A DNA stretch of 63,551 nt, the filler included, from Dugesia japonica (taxonomy: Eukaryota): the NCBI GenBank assembly GCA_001938525.1. It is 5 parts of 5 records of this genome, joined end to end, with 100 filler letters (N's around TTAATTAATTAA, not from the genome) between each part and the next. Parts side by side here need not be neighbours in the genome. Positions count along the whole stretch, not along the records: positions 1 to 17,369 come from MQRL01500925.1; 4 more parts are not named here. The stretch is one strand, 5' to 3'. The notes under the pieces were generated by a model that did not search any database, was not told where the DNA came from, and worked only from the letters and a program-made list of their open reading frames with translations. How positions within the stretch are numbered: position 1 is the first letter of the stretch; each line of letters starts with the position of its first letter. Positions 1 through 13,740 of this stretch are shown in pieces. The position numbers were made by a program, and so were the translations under genes.

Positions 1-1174
1 TTTATTAATTAATTATTATTTCATTGTTAAATTTTAATTCTTAACTGATTATTATTATTAATCTTCATTCAAAAAAAAAATTAAACTGTAAATTAAAGAA
101 ACAAAATAGACAAATTTGTGAAATCGTTTGATATCAATGAGGAAACTGCGATCTTTTAAAAGATTTTGTTTGTAAATCAAAATATTTAGAAATCAATTTT
201 TGCTACATTATTACGGAATAATTGTTTATAAATCAACACATTTAAACAAATTATTCATTTCCGTTAATTTTCGTCTCTTGTGTTCCATCGAAAAAAGATT
301 TCTCTAAAATTTAACTTCTTTTTTCCAGTAACGATACTTGATAAAAATAGATAATATTCAAAACCAAACTTATTTGACCAACGGAATAACTTNNNNNNNN
401 NNNNNNNNNNNNNNNNNNNNNNNNNNNNNNNNNNNNNNNNNNTTTATTAATTAATTATTATTTCATTGTTAAATTTTAATTCTTAACTGATTATTATTAT
501 TAATCTTCATTCAAAATAAAATTAAACTGTAAATTAAAGAAACAAAATAGACAAATTTGTGAAATCGTTTGATATCAATGAGGAAACTGCAATCTTTTAA
601 AAGATTTTGTTTGTAAATCAAAATATTTAGAAATCAATTTTTGCTACATTATTACGGAATAATGGTTTATAAATCAACACATTTAAACAAATTATTCATT
701 TCCGTTAATTTTCGTCTCTTGTGTTCCATCGAAATAAGATTTCTCTAAGATTTAACTTTTTTTTTCCAGTAACGATNNNNNNNAAAAATAGATAATATTC
801 AAAACCAAACTTATTTGACCAACGGAATAACTTTTCAACTACACAACTGTATATCACACGATATTGACCGTCAATTCCATTAATATTTAATAACAAATTC
901 ACACTCTAGCAAAATGTGAAAAATAACGATTATATTGAAACATTTAAAGTAACAAATCAATTATTTTTAGATGACTAAATCAACGATTTATATTGTTATG
1001 AAACGTTTATTTTCGGCGTGTCAATATTTTAATTCTTTAATATTTGGATTTTTCTTTTACTCTGTGAATAAATCTATTAGCTATCAATAATTTTGAATAA
1101 TTTACTTTGTTATGTTTAAAGATAACACAATAAAAGCATTTACGTGGTTGTAAAATCTTATTACAATCATTTTT

Positions 1175-1202
1175 ATGAATCGTTATAGTTTAATGGTCTC
1201 AG
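1175..1202 (+). CDS. Candidate first coding exon of the block-1 gene (MNRYSLMVS)
   Basis: ATG at 1175, open frame to a strong donor TCAG|GTGAGT in phase 1, compatible with the phase-1 acceptor at 6035. No homology support. Confidence 0.3.
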
Positions 1203-1499
1203 GTGAGTAATTATCACTTTTGTTGAGTTTCGATGCTTTAAATCAGACATGAGCAATTATTTTTTTTCAAGCGAAAAATTCTCTATCGAATAAATTGCTT
1301 GATGATAAGAAAGGAATTAGAAAATTTTTTTCGAATATTTAGTCATGAAATTTTCCACTTGTTTTTCGATTTATTCCATCAGGGATAAGAAATAGAATAT
1401 TGTAAAATATTCCTTATTAAGAACTTGTTTTTATCGATTTGACGATTTTACAAAATTTTTAAAATTTTAGTTGATCAAAAATAAATAAAAATTTTAAAA

Positions 1500-2280
1500 A
1501 AATAAAAAAAATTTTTAAAAAAATCAATAAAAATTTAAAAAAAATAAATAACATTTTTTCTAATAAATTTTTTTGATTATTTCTTTGTTTAAATTTTTTA
1601 AAAATTTCTTTTTTTTAGTAATTTTTTTAAAAATTTTTAATTTAACTTTCAAAATTTTTTTACTGTTTAATTTTTTTATTATNNNNNNNNNNNNNNNNNN
1701 NNNNNNNNNNNNNNNNNNNNNNNNNNNNNNNNNNNNNNNNNNNNNNNNNNNNNNNNNNNNNNNNNNNNNNNNNNNNNNNNNNNNNNNNNNNNNNNNNNNN
1801 NNNNNNNNNNNNNNNNNNNNNNNNNNNNNNNNNNNNNNNNNNNNNNNNNNNNNNNNNNNNNNNNNNNNNNNNNNNNNNNNNNNNNNNNNNNNNNNNNNNN
1901 NNNNNNNNNNNNNNNNNNNNNNNNNNNNNNNNNNNNNNNNNNNNNNNNNNNNNNNNNNNNNNNNNNNNNNNNNNNNNNNNNNNNNNNNNNNNNNNNNNNN
2001 NNNNNNNNNNNNNNNNNNNNNNNNNNNNNNNNNNNNNNNNNNNNNNNNNNNNNNNNATAATAAAAAAATTAAACAGTAAAAAAATTTTGAAAGTTAAATT
2101 AAAAATTTTTAAAAAAATTACTAAGAAAAAAGAATTTTTTTAAAAATTTAAACAAAGAAATAATTAAAAAAATTAATTAGAAAAAATTTTAAAAAATTTA
2201 AAAAAAAAATAATAAAAAAATGAAATAGAAAAAATTTTTTAAAATAAATAAAATTTTTAAAAAATCAAAAAGAAAAAAAA
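1500..2280. repeat. A/T-rich low-complexity inverted repeat (foldback) flanking an N gap
   Basis: ~1575-1682 (ttttttactgtttaatttttttatt) is the reverse complement of ~2057-2165 (aataaaaaaattaaacagtaaaaaaa). Confidence 0.7.
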
Positions 2281-3537
2281 TTCTTATGTGTGACTCAGTG
2301 CACACCTATCTATCTACTTAGACTTTGAATAAGTTTGAGACTTTTAAAATGTTTCGCTTGCCGGATTTAAATCGCGCTAATTTGTTAATATGAATTTCAA
2401 TAACAAAAGTCTATTGAAAGCATGTTGTATAATAAAACTGTGAGACGTCCAAAGTTTAACTTTACTCAAATTTTATAAAGAGATTTTATTTTCACAACAA
2501 CGCTTCTGTAATCTTCAGAATTATTATAATTGTACATTAATCAAGTTTTTCACAGTTTGTACATACTCAGTCCGTAATGACTAAAGCACTTATCAAATAG
2601 TCTAACATTAATATTAATCTAGTTCTAGTTTGGGTCAGTGCGATATTTGACACTTCTTATCACCACACCAGTCTAAAGTATATGAAAACCAAAACTTATT
2701 ACTAATGCTTGAATGGAGGCCTTTATCATAGCTAATGCTTTAGACCAACTTAAGATTCTTTGCCTTGCATAATGGCCATCTTGGCTGGAAAGTCTCGTCA
2801 ACTACCTGAGACTATTTGGATGGGAAAGTCTGCTTGTTCAATGAAGCTGAAATGGTTTGGGTAATATTTAGTCCACATATGAACTAAGAATGCAGACTTA
2901 ACCTTGACTATATTAACAACTCAGATTTATATTTCTACTGTACTGAAAGCTTGCCATGGGTCAGGTTACATGTTGTTTATTAGAGCACACTAGGGCGGTC
3001 AAAAGACGTGTGATGGCCGGATCTTGCTCATACTTACTTTAAATATTGCTTTACAAATACATTTTTATTTTTTGCAGCTTCTCCATCTAATGAATTAATG
3101 AAGGTTCTTACGTTAGCACTTTGATTATGTAGGAGTTTTATTTACTGATTGGAAATAAAGCTGATAAAATAAAGTTTATCACATTAATTTCTTGATTTGA
3201 AATTAATTTTTCTAGTTTTTCAAAATTTCTTATCTTAAAATTGTTAAATCAAATGTATAAAATTTATTAATTTGATTACTTTGAATTAATTATTGAAAAA
3301 TGAATTTTGCAATTTTCTGATAAACATAATTTATCATTTCTTAACTCCTCAAAATTTTTTTACTTTAAACGTGTTCTTTATTATCCCCGATGACAACAAT
3401 CAAGTGTCGTAAAAGTTTAGTAGTATTATTCAACTGCCAATTCATTATTTTAATTAATATATCTTGGTAAGAAAAGCCAATATATTGATTAATAAATACA
3501 TTGTAAAAACATTAAATTTACAAAAGTTGTTTTAGTA

Positions 3538-4480
3538 ATGGAATCAAAACGACAACATGTATTTGACTTGTTACAAAAGCTTTAATCGTCAAATGGATAT
3601 TTTTCGAAAACTACAGTCCAATGGACAATTAAACGATATAAAAGATGCAATCTATGGCGGTAGGAAATGAACCGTACGAAGTAAAACCGTTATCAAGATT
3701 ATTGGTGAACGCTTTAGATGTAATTATGTTCGGTCTGCAAGAAACAATGCTAAGGAAATTGGAGTAAACAGAGAAACGGTTCGACTTGTAATTAAAATAA
3801 TTTTGGATTAAAGGCTTTCAAAAAAAGAAAATACCATGGATTAACTGATAAAAATAAAATAGAGTGAAAAGAAACAAGGAATTGAAGAAGCGGTACGTTA
3901 CTAATAACATCATCTTCATAGACGAAAAGTTATTCGTAGTGCAAGAAAACCATAACAGTCAGAATGATCGAGTCTATTCAGCAAGTTTTGAGTATATTCT
4001 TAGAGAGAAGCGAATTGTTGGATGATTTCAAAATCATTGATTATTGACCATTGAATCCTGGTTTTCGGAGTAATTAGCATAAAGAAAAATTGCCGTTTCT
4101 TTTCATCAAAAAGTGGATCAAATTAAACCAAATGTATTATTTGGAAAATGTTTTGAAAACTCTCAGATGCTGAAAAATTGTTTGGTGCAGAGAATTACTT
4201 ATTCCAACAAGACTCGGCACCTGTACATAAAGTAAAGATCGTACAACAATGGTGTTAGGCTAATTTATCGTATGATTTAAATCATCTTGATTATTCCATT
4301 TTGAGATTTATGTTAACAAAAATTGGGAGTGTAAAAAATCACAACCTGGAAAAATTAAAGAAACATTTGACCAAAATTTGGGACGAAATACCAGATTATG
4401 CCTGTCATGCTACATGCAACAGCTTTTTGGCTCGTTTACAGAGAGTTATCGAAGAAAAGGATGAAAGAATTGAATACAAA
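3538..4480 (+). mobile_element. Decayed Tc1/mariner transposase, maT/DD37D-like
   Basis: Broken frames give IIFIDEKLFVVQENHNSQNDRVYS, FQQDSAPVHK, DLNHLDYSI and LKKHLTKIWDEIP...RLQRVIE, with stops and frameshifts. Confidence 0.85.
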
Positions 4481-4655
4481 TTTATTAGCATCATTTTATG
4501 TGTACTCCTTGTTTCAATAAATATATTTTTAGTAAAAATCGCTTTATTTTATTTTACTTACATCTTCTTTAAAAAACGATACTTATAATTCCTAAAATTC
4601 AGCTTAAATTGATATATAATTTCAGACTTACTATTTCAACATCAACTATAATAAC

Positions 4656-5422
4656 TGGGTTCCATGACGAAATATATTAGACAAAATAGTAACGTGTCCC
4701 ATAAGTTCAATACTGTTTATTAACAAAATATCAGGTGACAAAATATCTCTTTCCTGATTTTTCAAAAAAAAAGTGAAAATAAGATATTTTAATTCATCAA
4801 AATAGAATCCATCACATTATATCACATTATGTCCCAACGGTTTTGAAATTTGGTAATGCCATTTTTTTAGAATTCTGTAGTTTTACTGAGGAAGACATGG
4901 GACAATTCCGTTTTTTGCTTCATTTCATTTTTGAACGTCTTTTTCCTCATATTAATATCAAGATTAAAAACAAGTGAAAATCTGTTGGTAAGATATCTGG
5001 TGAATATGATGGATGGGACATGATTTCCCATCAAAGTTGCGTTATCTTGTCAACAGTTTTTTGCCTTTGTGTGGAAAATATAGAACCTTCTTTCTGTTTA
5101 CTAATGTTTACCATTTTTCTTAAATTCTTTCTAATTGAGCAAAATAGATGTCGGCAGTTATGGGTTCTTTTATTTTTAGAAACTCGAAATAAATGATATC
5201 TTCACAAGTCCACAAAATTCACTGTAAAGCCTTTGAAACTTGTGGGAACAGATCATTAGGAGAAAATCAATGACGTGTTCTCTTAGGATTTGAATACATT
5301 ATCCACGTTTCGTTGCAAGTCAAGATTCTATCGAAAAATGGGTCTATTTTTAGCCAACTAAAATGAGAATTGCATATTGTAAGTTGTAACCTATTCTCTG
5401 GTGTCAGGTCATGTGGAACCCA
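4656..5422 (-). mobile_element. Internally deleted mariner (DD34D-type) element
   Basis: Imperfect terminal inverted repeats tgggttccatgac / gtcatgtggaaccca. Minus strand reads WTCEDIIYFEFLK..ITADIYFAQLE and WEIMSHPSYSPDILPTDFHLF (YSPDL motif). Confidence 0.75.
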
Positions 5423-5612
5423 TTTGCTTAATTTCCATTTCTTTCCAATTATTGTTTCTTAAATAATTTTATAAAATTTGTACAGAATATTTAGGTATAA
5501 GATGTATTAACCAAATTTTGTTTTCTGATGCGCCTTAGCCTGAAAAATACGTATTGAAACTGTCGATATTCGTAAATTCAACCGGCCGTGTGCTTCTAAT
5601 ATCTGTTTTGTG

Positions 5613-5715
5613 GCTTCACTAATACAATTTCTTACAATAAGAGAGATTCGGAAATTCAGAAAAGATTAAAATCATCGTCTTCATCATCAACAATGATAGT
5701 CACCCGAAATTCAGC
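5613..5715 (+). repeat. 103-bp diverged copy of coding sequence 6887-6989
   Basis: Gap-free alignment by eye with 8 substitutions. Confidence 0.9.
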
Positions 5716-6034
5716 ACGTACATATCTTTCATGGTTGACACTATCAAACCTGGAATTTTTATTTATATGATACTATAAATTTAAATCATTAATTTAAAGT
5801 TATGTCTAATAAAGAACATTGATGAAAATTTGAATTAAGAAATAAAATTTAATTCTGTTTTTTATTGAAATATATATTTAATTGTATTATATTTTCAACT
5901 TTAAAGGGCCCCCATTTCTAATTATTTAGAAAATTTATCAATAAATGATCTTTAAATAATAATTTTTGCTATTTGATTGGATTTGATTGATAATTTTAAA
6001 ATTTTTAACAATGATATAAGAATTTAATATTTAG

Positions 6035-7186
6035 AAGCTCTCCATAATAAAAAGCTTACAAAGAAATGCTCGAAATTTATAATTCCGTACAATGCTGTTG
6101 AAGTATATGACTTAATATGTGAACATAAATCGCAAAAGTTGTTATTAGCAAAGAAATCTAACAGCAGTAGTAAATGTAATGAAATCATTCAAATAAAAAA
6201 ACCGAAATTGGAAGTATTGAACAATAGTAGTAAAGAAACATTAAAAGCTATAGCTAAATTACAAAAACCTATAATACAATTAAACAAATTGATACAACCT
6301 TATGATATTATCAAAAAAGAAATTAAAATAGAAAGTGTGGTGGATGACAAAATTAATCTAGATCAGGAACCAGATTTAAAAATTGTAGATTGTCTTTTAA
6401 AATCAGAAATTATGCCAGTAGAAGATAAAGCTATCATTAAACCTGAAATTGATAGTAATTCTTTGAACAATGATTTAAAATTAAACATAAGGGTTAATTC
6501 AAATGGTATATTAACATCATCTATGAAAACGGAGCCGAACATATTCGATAGAATATCAACTATTTGTGACAATACTCTTAGTCAAAAACCAAATATCAGT
6601 ACAAATATACCTGGCAAAAAAGCCATTAAACAAACGGGATTTGATAAATCATACGGTTGTACTATTTTTACTGATGAACACAATAATTCGATTTTAATTG
6701 ACAATGATAAAGATGAATTAGAAGATTTTGATTGTTGTGAAAGTTCAATTAGCAATGATTCAGCTTACTATTCATTACCTAATACAACCGCATTAAATTC
6801 TCTTTCAAATCAACAATTGCGAAAATCGGCAAATTTTTACGATTCTAGTGTTGTTCCTCCTTTGGTAACAGCATATCAATTTTCAAGCTCCACTAATACA
6901 ATTTCTTACAATAAGAGTGATTCAGAAATTCAGAAAAGATTCAAATCATCATCGTCATCATCAACAATGTTAGTCACTCGAAATTCAGCCAAAAATTCAA
7001 CTTTTTCAACAAAATCGAATGTGAAACATAGATTCTATGTTTCAAGTCACAGTAATCAAAACATTTTAGACTCTATACGAAAAAATTCAAATTTAAACAA
7101 AATAAATTCCAGTGGATTATTAAAAGAAAGCGGAGAATACAGTTCTGATTTACGTCTTTCCGGAATTTTACACAACATTCAGAATG
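6035..7186 (+). CDS. Large internal exon of an unidentified Ser/Asn/Lys-rich protein (block-1 gene)
   Basis: Acceptor tttag|6035, 1152 nt open in AT-rich DNA, donor G|GTAAG in phase 1 joining the exon at 11210. No recognisable domain. Confidence 0.8.
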
Positions 7187-7361
7187 GTAAGATTTTTCTA
7201 AGCTTTTTACATAAATTGATATTTTAAAGATTTTTAAAATAAATTTTCAATGAATTTTTTAGAAATGATTTTAAAATTTAAATCGTGAATTTTCTTTTAT
7301 TAAAGATTTTAACAAACATTTATATATTTTTCATATCTTCGAATAAATTTTTAAATCTTAA

Positions 7362-7582
7362 CCCTTTCGCACCGACTTTCCGCTGATGACACTAAGCTAA
7401 ATTTATATATTGGAACTTGTTAATAATGACCTAAATATGAAAATTCTCATTTTTGTAATCGCGGCGCTTCTTAATATCCTATAACAATGAAACACTGAAA
7501 ATAAACTCTAACACCACAAATTGCTTTGAAAATATCCCAGTAGGATCATGAGGAAAGTTTCTGGGACGTAAGGGCGAAAGGG
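7362..7582. mobile_element. Non-autonomous piggyBac-type MITE
   Basis: TTAA at 7358-7361 and 7583-7586; terminal inverted repeats ccctttcgc / gcgaaaggg. Confidence 0.85.
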
Positions 7583-8932
7583 TTAAATATTGAAAACTGA
7601 ATCTTTTATTTATTATTATGCACGTAAAATTTTTTAATAAATTGTCAAATTAATTTTTTTATCTCCTGGAATCGTATTAATTGTCATCATTAGTCGATAA
7701 TCGATAAATTACTTATTGTTGAGTAAAATTATAAATATTATAATTAGCTGGTACCTACTGTGAGGTAAATTAAATAGACAGGTTGATTCGGAGAATTTTT
7801 TGTGGCAAATCAATAAAAGAATAATAATTTAAAATAAATATCAGAATTAATAATAGTAAGATCAGAATAAAACATTTTTAAATAAAGTAATGAAATATTT
7901 GAAAATTTTAAATTTAAGTAATAAATCAATAATAGTAGATTGGAATAAAATTTTAATAGAAGATAAGAATATTTTGAAATTTTAAATTTAAGTAATAAAT
8001 CAATAATAGTAGATTGANNNNNNNNNNNNNNNNNNNNNNNNNNNNNNNNNNNNNNNNNNNNNNNNNNNNNNNNNNNNNNNNNNNNNNNNNNNNNNNNNNN
8101 NNNNNNNNNNNNNNNNNNNNTTGAAATTGCCAAAAATAAATTCCTTGTCAAATTTGTTTGTTTAATCACCTTTTGTTATGAAATATATTTTTTTTTCAAC
8201 TCAATTGTTAATTTTTATGGAACCAAATAACGAAATAGAAGATTCTGAGGAAACTACTTACACCTACAAAAAATTAAAATTACTATATATTTGTTATATG
8301 ATTCTAAGATACTCATCGTAGAATTTAAGAGTATTTGAAAACATTGAAAATTTATTAAAAACAAAGATAACAGATTTACTTTTATTACTTTAAATAAATT
8401 AAATTAGCCAAACAATTTAAGTTCCATATTTAGCTTTTAAAATTTTAAAAAATCATTAATTGAGAATTTCATCTTATTTTACTTTATTTATTTGAAATAT
8501 TTGACACATTTTAAATTAAACTATTTTTTCATTAATTTAATATTTTAAATATAATCTCCAAAATAATTCTTTATATTTAAACGTTTAATAATTCTGTTAT
8601 TTTCAATTTTTTTTTTTGAAAATTAATTCTTTTTTATTTTAATAATTTTAATCAAAGCTAAAATTTCTAAAACTTTGTATACACAATTAATATTTTCTTA
8701 CAATATTAATACTAAAATTTTCAATAAATCATATTTTTATTTTTAAAATTTTTTAAATATTTATTCTCGTTGAAGATGAAATAATTACGAAAAGTTTAAA
8801 GTAATAAAATTGATTAAAATAATTTTAATTGTTATTTTATTATTTGAAACTATATTTGTATTTCGTGAATAAATTATGTTTGAAAATAATAGCGTTTTTA
8901 TTGCAAAAGTGTCTTCAGGCATATTTCCTTAT

Positions 8933-9060
8933 TTTACAATTGCAATTATTGCGAGAATAATTGTTGGACGTAACCAATGATCGTTTTTCAGAATTCATTT
9001 AAAAACAAGCTTCGATCAAAATTTGTTTTTTTTATTTTTTGATCAAAGCTTTAATTTTAA
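8933..9060 (-). repeat. Partial Penelope pseudo-LTR copy without the ribozyme core, with a short inverted segment
   Basis: ttgcaattattgcgagaataattgttggacgtaacca is the reverse complement of the family consensus seen at 27580, 29720, 51040 and 63420. Confidence 0.75.
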
Positions 9061-9199
9061 ATCAACTTATTTTATATATTAAGGGGGCTATCCCATATTT
9101 AAATAAAATGACCCGTGTCTCGTTTTTGTCAAGATTCGTCCCGTATTTTTTAATTTGATTTTTTTATGGTGACAGCGGCTAAAAATTTAAACTCAAAGA

Positions 9200-10826
9200 A
9201 TGCTGCAAAGTATTTTTGTATATTCTTTGAAATTCGAAAACAAAAAGAATGGTATATCCATTGATGAATGGACCAGCATGAAAAACAAAAGAGGTATGAA
9301 TGCACACCTTTATTATAATAACAAAGTTTCTGACAATTTGGGAATGGTTCCTGTGGTTGGTAGTCGCCCTGCAGAAAAAGAATTGGAACTAATAAAAGAA
9401 AAATTAAAATCCCTTAATATCATATTTAATGACGATATAGTAGCTACAATAAGTGATGGAAAAATTTGGAAGATTATCTTCTCAATTTCACCAACTTTGT
9501 CATAATCATGGGTTGCATTGGCTGTTCTAAAAGTTTTTTATATCAAGAAGGGGCATCTTGGTAATTTTGCAAGTATCGAGGAATTGGAATCTGATAGCGA
9601 ATCTGAAATAGAATATTCAGGAAATGGAAATAATAACTCCGACGACTCCGAAATAGAAGTTGTTAATGACTTTGATGTTTATTTGCAACCCCAAATCGAA
9701 AAAGCAATCAAATACATTAGAAAAATATCAAAAATGTTTAAAAATAATCCCCGTTAAAAATGCTATTTTACAAAAATATGTTATGGAAGAAGGAAAAAAT
9801 TGGTAATTTTAGACTGTTCTACACGATGGAATACCATGGAGGATATGCTAGAAAGATTTGCACGAATTAGTGTCCCAATCAAAAAAAGCTTTATTGATTG
9901 AATTAAATTTGGGTAGTTTGTGGAATGACAATTATGTTGAGGTTGTTAAAATAATATTAGCAACATTAAAACTCACTCCGGATTACAATTGAAAATCTTA
10001 GCAGAGAAGATTCCACCTCACGTTTTTATATACATTCTTGACAAAAAAATAAACGCTAATTTATGTGGAGACCTCCTTAATGCAGTTAGGTGGGAAATCT
10101 CTAAAATGAGTGATAATACTTTAGTATCTGTTATAAGATTCCTACAGAATCCTGATTGTATTTCACACATAGAAAATGATAGTTTTTTTGACATGGCACC
10201 AAATCTATATCATCTAGAATTTTTGAAACTAAAACCAGTGATAACAATAATACTGAAGAAACTGAAAATATTGAAGAATTTCCAGATCGAGAATAAGAGG
10301 CAAACTTACAGCAACAATTACAATTTTCAATAATGGACAATTTAAAAGAATATGAAAGTCCAGATGCTGACAAATTTCAATCATTAATAAAGGAATTTAA
10401 AATATTTGAAGCCAATAGGAAGAGAACCTCAAATTTGCAGAATCTTTTGGATGCAATTCTGACCATTAAACCAACTTCCACGCAAAACGAGCGGAATTTT
10501 CCAATTTCAACAGATTTTGTTACCAAAAAAACAACGAGAATGGAAGATTCAACTTTGGACTCTCTTTGTTTCCTAAAACATTATTTTATATAAAAAAAAA
10601 TAATTGAATTTATTGTAGTTTTATAAAACTTTTTATACATTTATATAAAAGTTTGTGAATTTATTTTTACGTTATTTTGTTGTATAATAAAAATGTGAAT
10701 TTCAGTTTACATTATAGTGCATTAGATTTTTGTTTTAATAAGTTCTTTTCTCAAGAAATCTCAAGAAAGCAAATATATGTTTTCTTTTCTCGAGAAATTA
10801 AAAAGTGTGAGAAATGAGGAACACTA
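9200..10826 (+). mobile_element. Decayed hAT transposon
   Basis: ISIDEWTS, ATISDG, LDCSTRWNTMEDMLERF and the C-terminal dimerisation motif LTIKPTSTQNERNF; 3' end ggaacacta matches a TAGTGTTCC-type terminal repeat. Confidence 0.88.
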
Positions 10827-11209
10827 CAGATCAATGGTAAAGTTCATTTTTAGAAAATAAATTTTAAAATGAAAGTTTTAAAATTAAAATTTCTAAAAAG
10901 AAAAGTATTAATTTTACTAATTTTTCAAAGTTTTTTCTATAAATGTATAATAATCATTTACACACTCTAAAAATTCAATAATTATTATTAATTAAAAATA
11001 GCCAATTCTTTTGCGGCAATTACATTCAATTTAAGTTTCTAGGATGTGAATTGACAATTTCCCAATTTTTATACTTGTAATATTAAATATCAAAAGAGTA
11101 TTTTTAGTTCAATAATTATTTAGAATTTCATTTTACAATTGAAGTTTAAGAATAAAACTTACTTCCATTATTACTATATGCAAATTTGAAATCAGTTTTA
11201 TTATTTTAG

Positions 11210-11265
11210 ATAACATGAATGTGTTAAATTTCGATTGTACTTCACCGTCAGAAATGAATTGTCAG
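11210..11265 (+). CDS. Small internal exon of the block-1 gene (DNMNVLNFDCTSPSEMNCQ)
   Basis: ttttag| ... CAG|GTAAT; phase 1 in and phase 0 out, matching both neighbours. Confidence 0.7.
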
Positions 11266-12719
11266 GTAATGTTTATAATTTTTTTATTCAGTTTCTCATT
11301 ATAATCTTTCGATTAATGTTTCTGTTTTAAATATCTATAAAAATCTTGATTAAATATTAATCTTTTACATTTGATATTAATACAAAGTTGCGTTTATCTT
11401 CATGAATTGGAAATTATATTATTTCTTAATAATTTTTCAATATAATGAATTCATTTAATAATAATTATTTTTTAATAACAAACAAATTTTAAACTTTGTA
11501 TTTTTATGACTAAACTAAATTTAAAATTTTCATTACACGAACATTAATCAGAAAAAAGATGAATTTCCATATTATCCAATGCCACTATTGAAGTTAAACC
11601 AATTGTACCGACTAGTTTATATTTTTTCAAATTATTTAAAAATAGTTTTAAATCATATTTTCTATTTATTTTCAAGTGAGTTATTTATTTTGATAATAAT
11701 TAAAATGCTGCGCTAAGCTCGTTTTATGAGATATATTGTCTATAGTTTATCGGTGCTAATGTGTAATAATCGTCCAAGTTGAGATACGCAATTGCAAATC
11801 TTTAATTTAATGAACTATTTTAAATTCTGGTTGAAATAAGTATTCTTAAAAATATGTCGAATAGTATTACTTATTATTAGTTTTAGATTATTTTAAATTT
11901 TTAGAAAAAAATTTTTTGTTTCATATATAGTAAAACAGAACCAAATCCGTGATATTGTTTATTTTAGTTTAATCGATCTGCAACACAGTTTATCGGCATG
12001 TTTATAATAAACTATTAGAAAACACCAAAAAACCAACTTCNNNNNNNNNNNNNNNNNNNNNNNNNAACTAATTGAGCGGCATCTCTTTGGATATCAAATT
12101 TAAAATTGCTCCTGTTCACCCATGCATACTTTAATACATTTCAATTGTGTAAAAACGTTTTATTTAGACATAAAATATATGCTTTCCAAAACTCATTAAG
12201 AATTATATAAAAATTAAAATTTATTGGTTTTAATATTTATTAAAGTAGAAAAACAGTTCTATGAAATATTATGTGGTTAAGTTAAATAAAGAGACAGCTT
12301 AAAAATACGTTAACGATAAAGGTTTGGTTCAGTTTATGCATGAAGGAATGCTGACCGTAATGTTATTCTTTGGTTAAATTAAGCGTTTTTTTTATTAACT
12401 TTGTAAGGCTTTTATAAAAGTAAAATTTCAATTTTGACATACGTTCAAATGATAAATAATACACATTTTTACTATTTATTAACTACAGATCCTTTGAATA
12501 TCNNNNNNNNNNNNNNNNNNNNNNNNNNNNNNNNNNNNNNNNNNNNNNNNNNNNNNNNNNTTCTTGTTTTCATAAGTGTAATATTATAAACTAATTTCCA
12601 CATCAAAATTTTATCAATTATTACAAGCTTGCTTCCAAAAATTACTTTGCCGATTTAATGCAAAATTACTTGAAACAGATTGTTTTAGTTTTTATTTTTG
12701 ATGATTTGGGAAAGAATAA

Positions 12720-13740
12720 AAATTGATTGTTGTCCAGAAAGCTGAACTATGGGGTGACAAGAATGTAAATTTTGTTGGCCTACTAAAATATCTAAACAAC
12801 CCTGAAACTTATAGATATAATACGTTCATAAACTCCATATTATTACTGCCGTCAAAACTAATAATAAAGACCATAAGTAGATGGATAGTGGTGCACTGTA
12901 CCAATTCCCTGCTAAAGCAATAAACACATAGTGTTCCCATTGTATTTAAGTGGTGATAATTTTACGTATAAAAATTTTGTTTGGAAAACAAAAATTATTT
13001 TTAAAAATTAGATTAATTTCAAAAAAAATGAGCTTTTCCGCCTAATTTCCGTGGTAAAAATTAAAATTTCCGAGTGATTACACAATAGAAAATGCAATAA
13101 TGACATAAGTGTAGTTGATACGTAATTTTAAGTTATCATATAATTATGATGCAATAACATATGTATGACGTGATATGGAATAACTGATTATCTAACCTCA
13201 CTCTATAAATGCGATTACATAATATTGTTACAACATTATCGCCGCCTAAATTCATTGGGAACACTATTTTGATTGCTGAAGCGAGAGGGAGGTAGTGCAG
13301 TCATAGTCGACAAGCAATTGTTTTAACGTTTTCTTACGAATAAATAAGCAGGAATTTACTCTAATAATGGAAAAGTAGATATACATGAAGGCTCTGATAC
13401 TTTATTGATATTAAAGACAAATATGTTGGATATATTTGAATTAACATATCATTAGAAACTGGATGCTGCCATTTCGATTTTTACTATTATCGAGAATTCA
13501 TATGAAATATCATACGATATTGATAGTACCTTTAAAGTAATGAATATTTCTTAAGAAACAGGGAAATGCACAAATAATTTGGACAAACTTTATAATGCAT
13601 TAATTAACATTCCACCAATATCATTGGGATATGAAAGAGCCTTTTCTACAGTAGGTGTTTTCATCATGAAAATTCGATCATATTTAAGTTATGGTGTCAT
13701 TGACAGCTTATGTATTTTATAGTGTTATTATAATAAAAAT
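12720..13740 (+). mobile_element. hAT transposase 3' remnant interrupted by a MITE
   Basis: FVGLLKYLNNP and LINIPPISLGYERAFSTVG...IDSLCIL (hAT dimerisation domain). Confidence 0.75.
12891..13298. mobile_element. MITE with imperfect inverted ends
   Basis: tagtgttccca (12928) / tgggaacacta (13266), with imperfect inverted similarity extending ~35 nt further out. No clear target-site duplication. Confidence 0.6.

Noticed and set aside
1-832. Near-identical ~390-bp direct repeat (1-392 and 442-832)
   Set aside because: The copies flank an N gap and differ by a few SNPs, so this is an uncollapsed allelic overlap, not a biological repeat.
1573-2079. ORFs running through N gaps or low-complexity A/T tracts (also 7810, 33060, 48278, 56699)
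   Set aside because: Open only because of Ns or F/K/I-rich composition.
2560-3030. GC-richer island
   Set aside because: No open frame or recognisable motif; probably old retroelement debris.
3078-3103. Possible micro-exon (ASPSNELMK) after tttttgcag
   Set aside because: Weak donor, and its phase-0 end does not join the phase-1 acceptor at 6035 without another exon I could not find.
3385-3420. cccgatgacaacaatcaagtgtcgtaaa resembling a hammerhead core
   Set aside because: Both conserved core segments are mutated and stems I and III are not evident.
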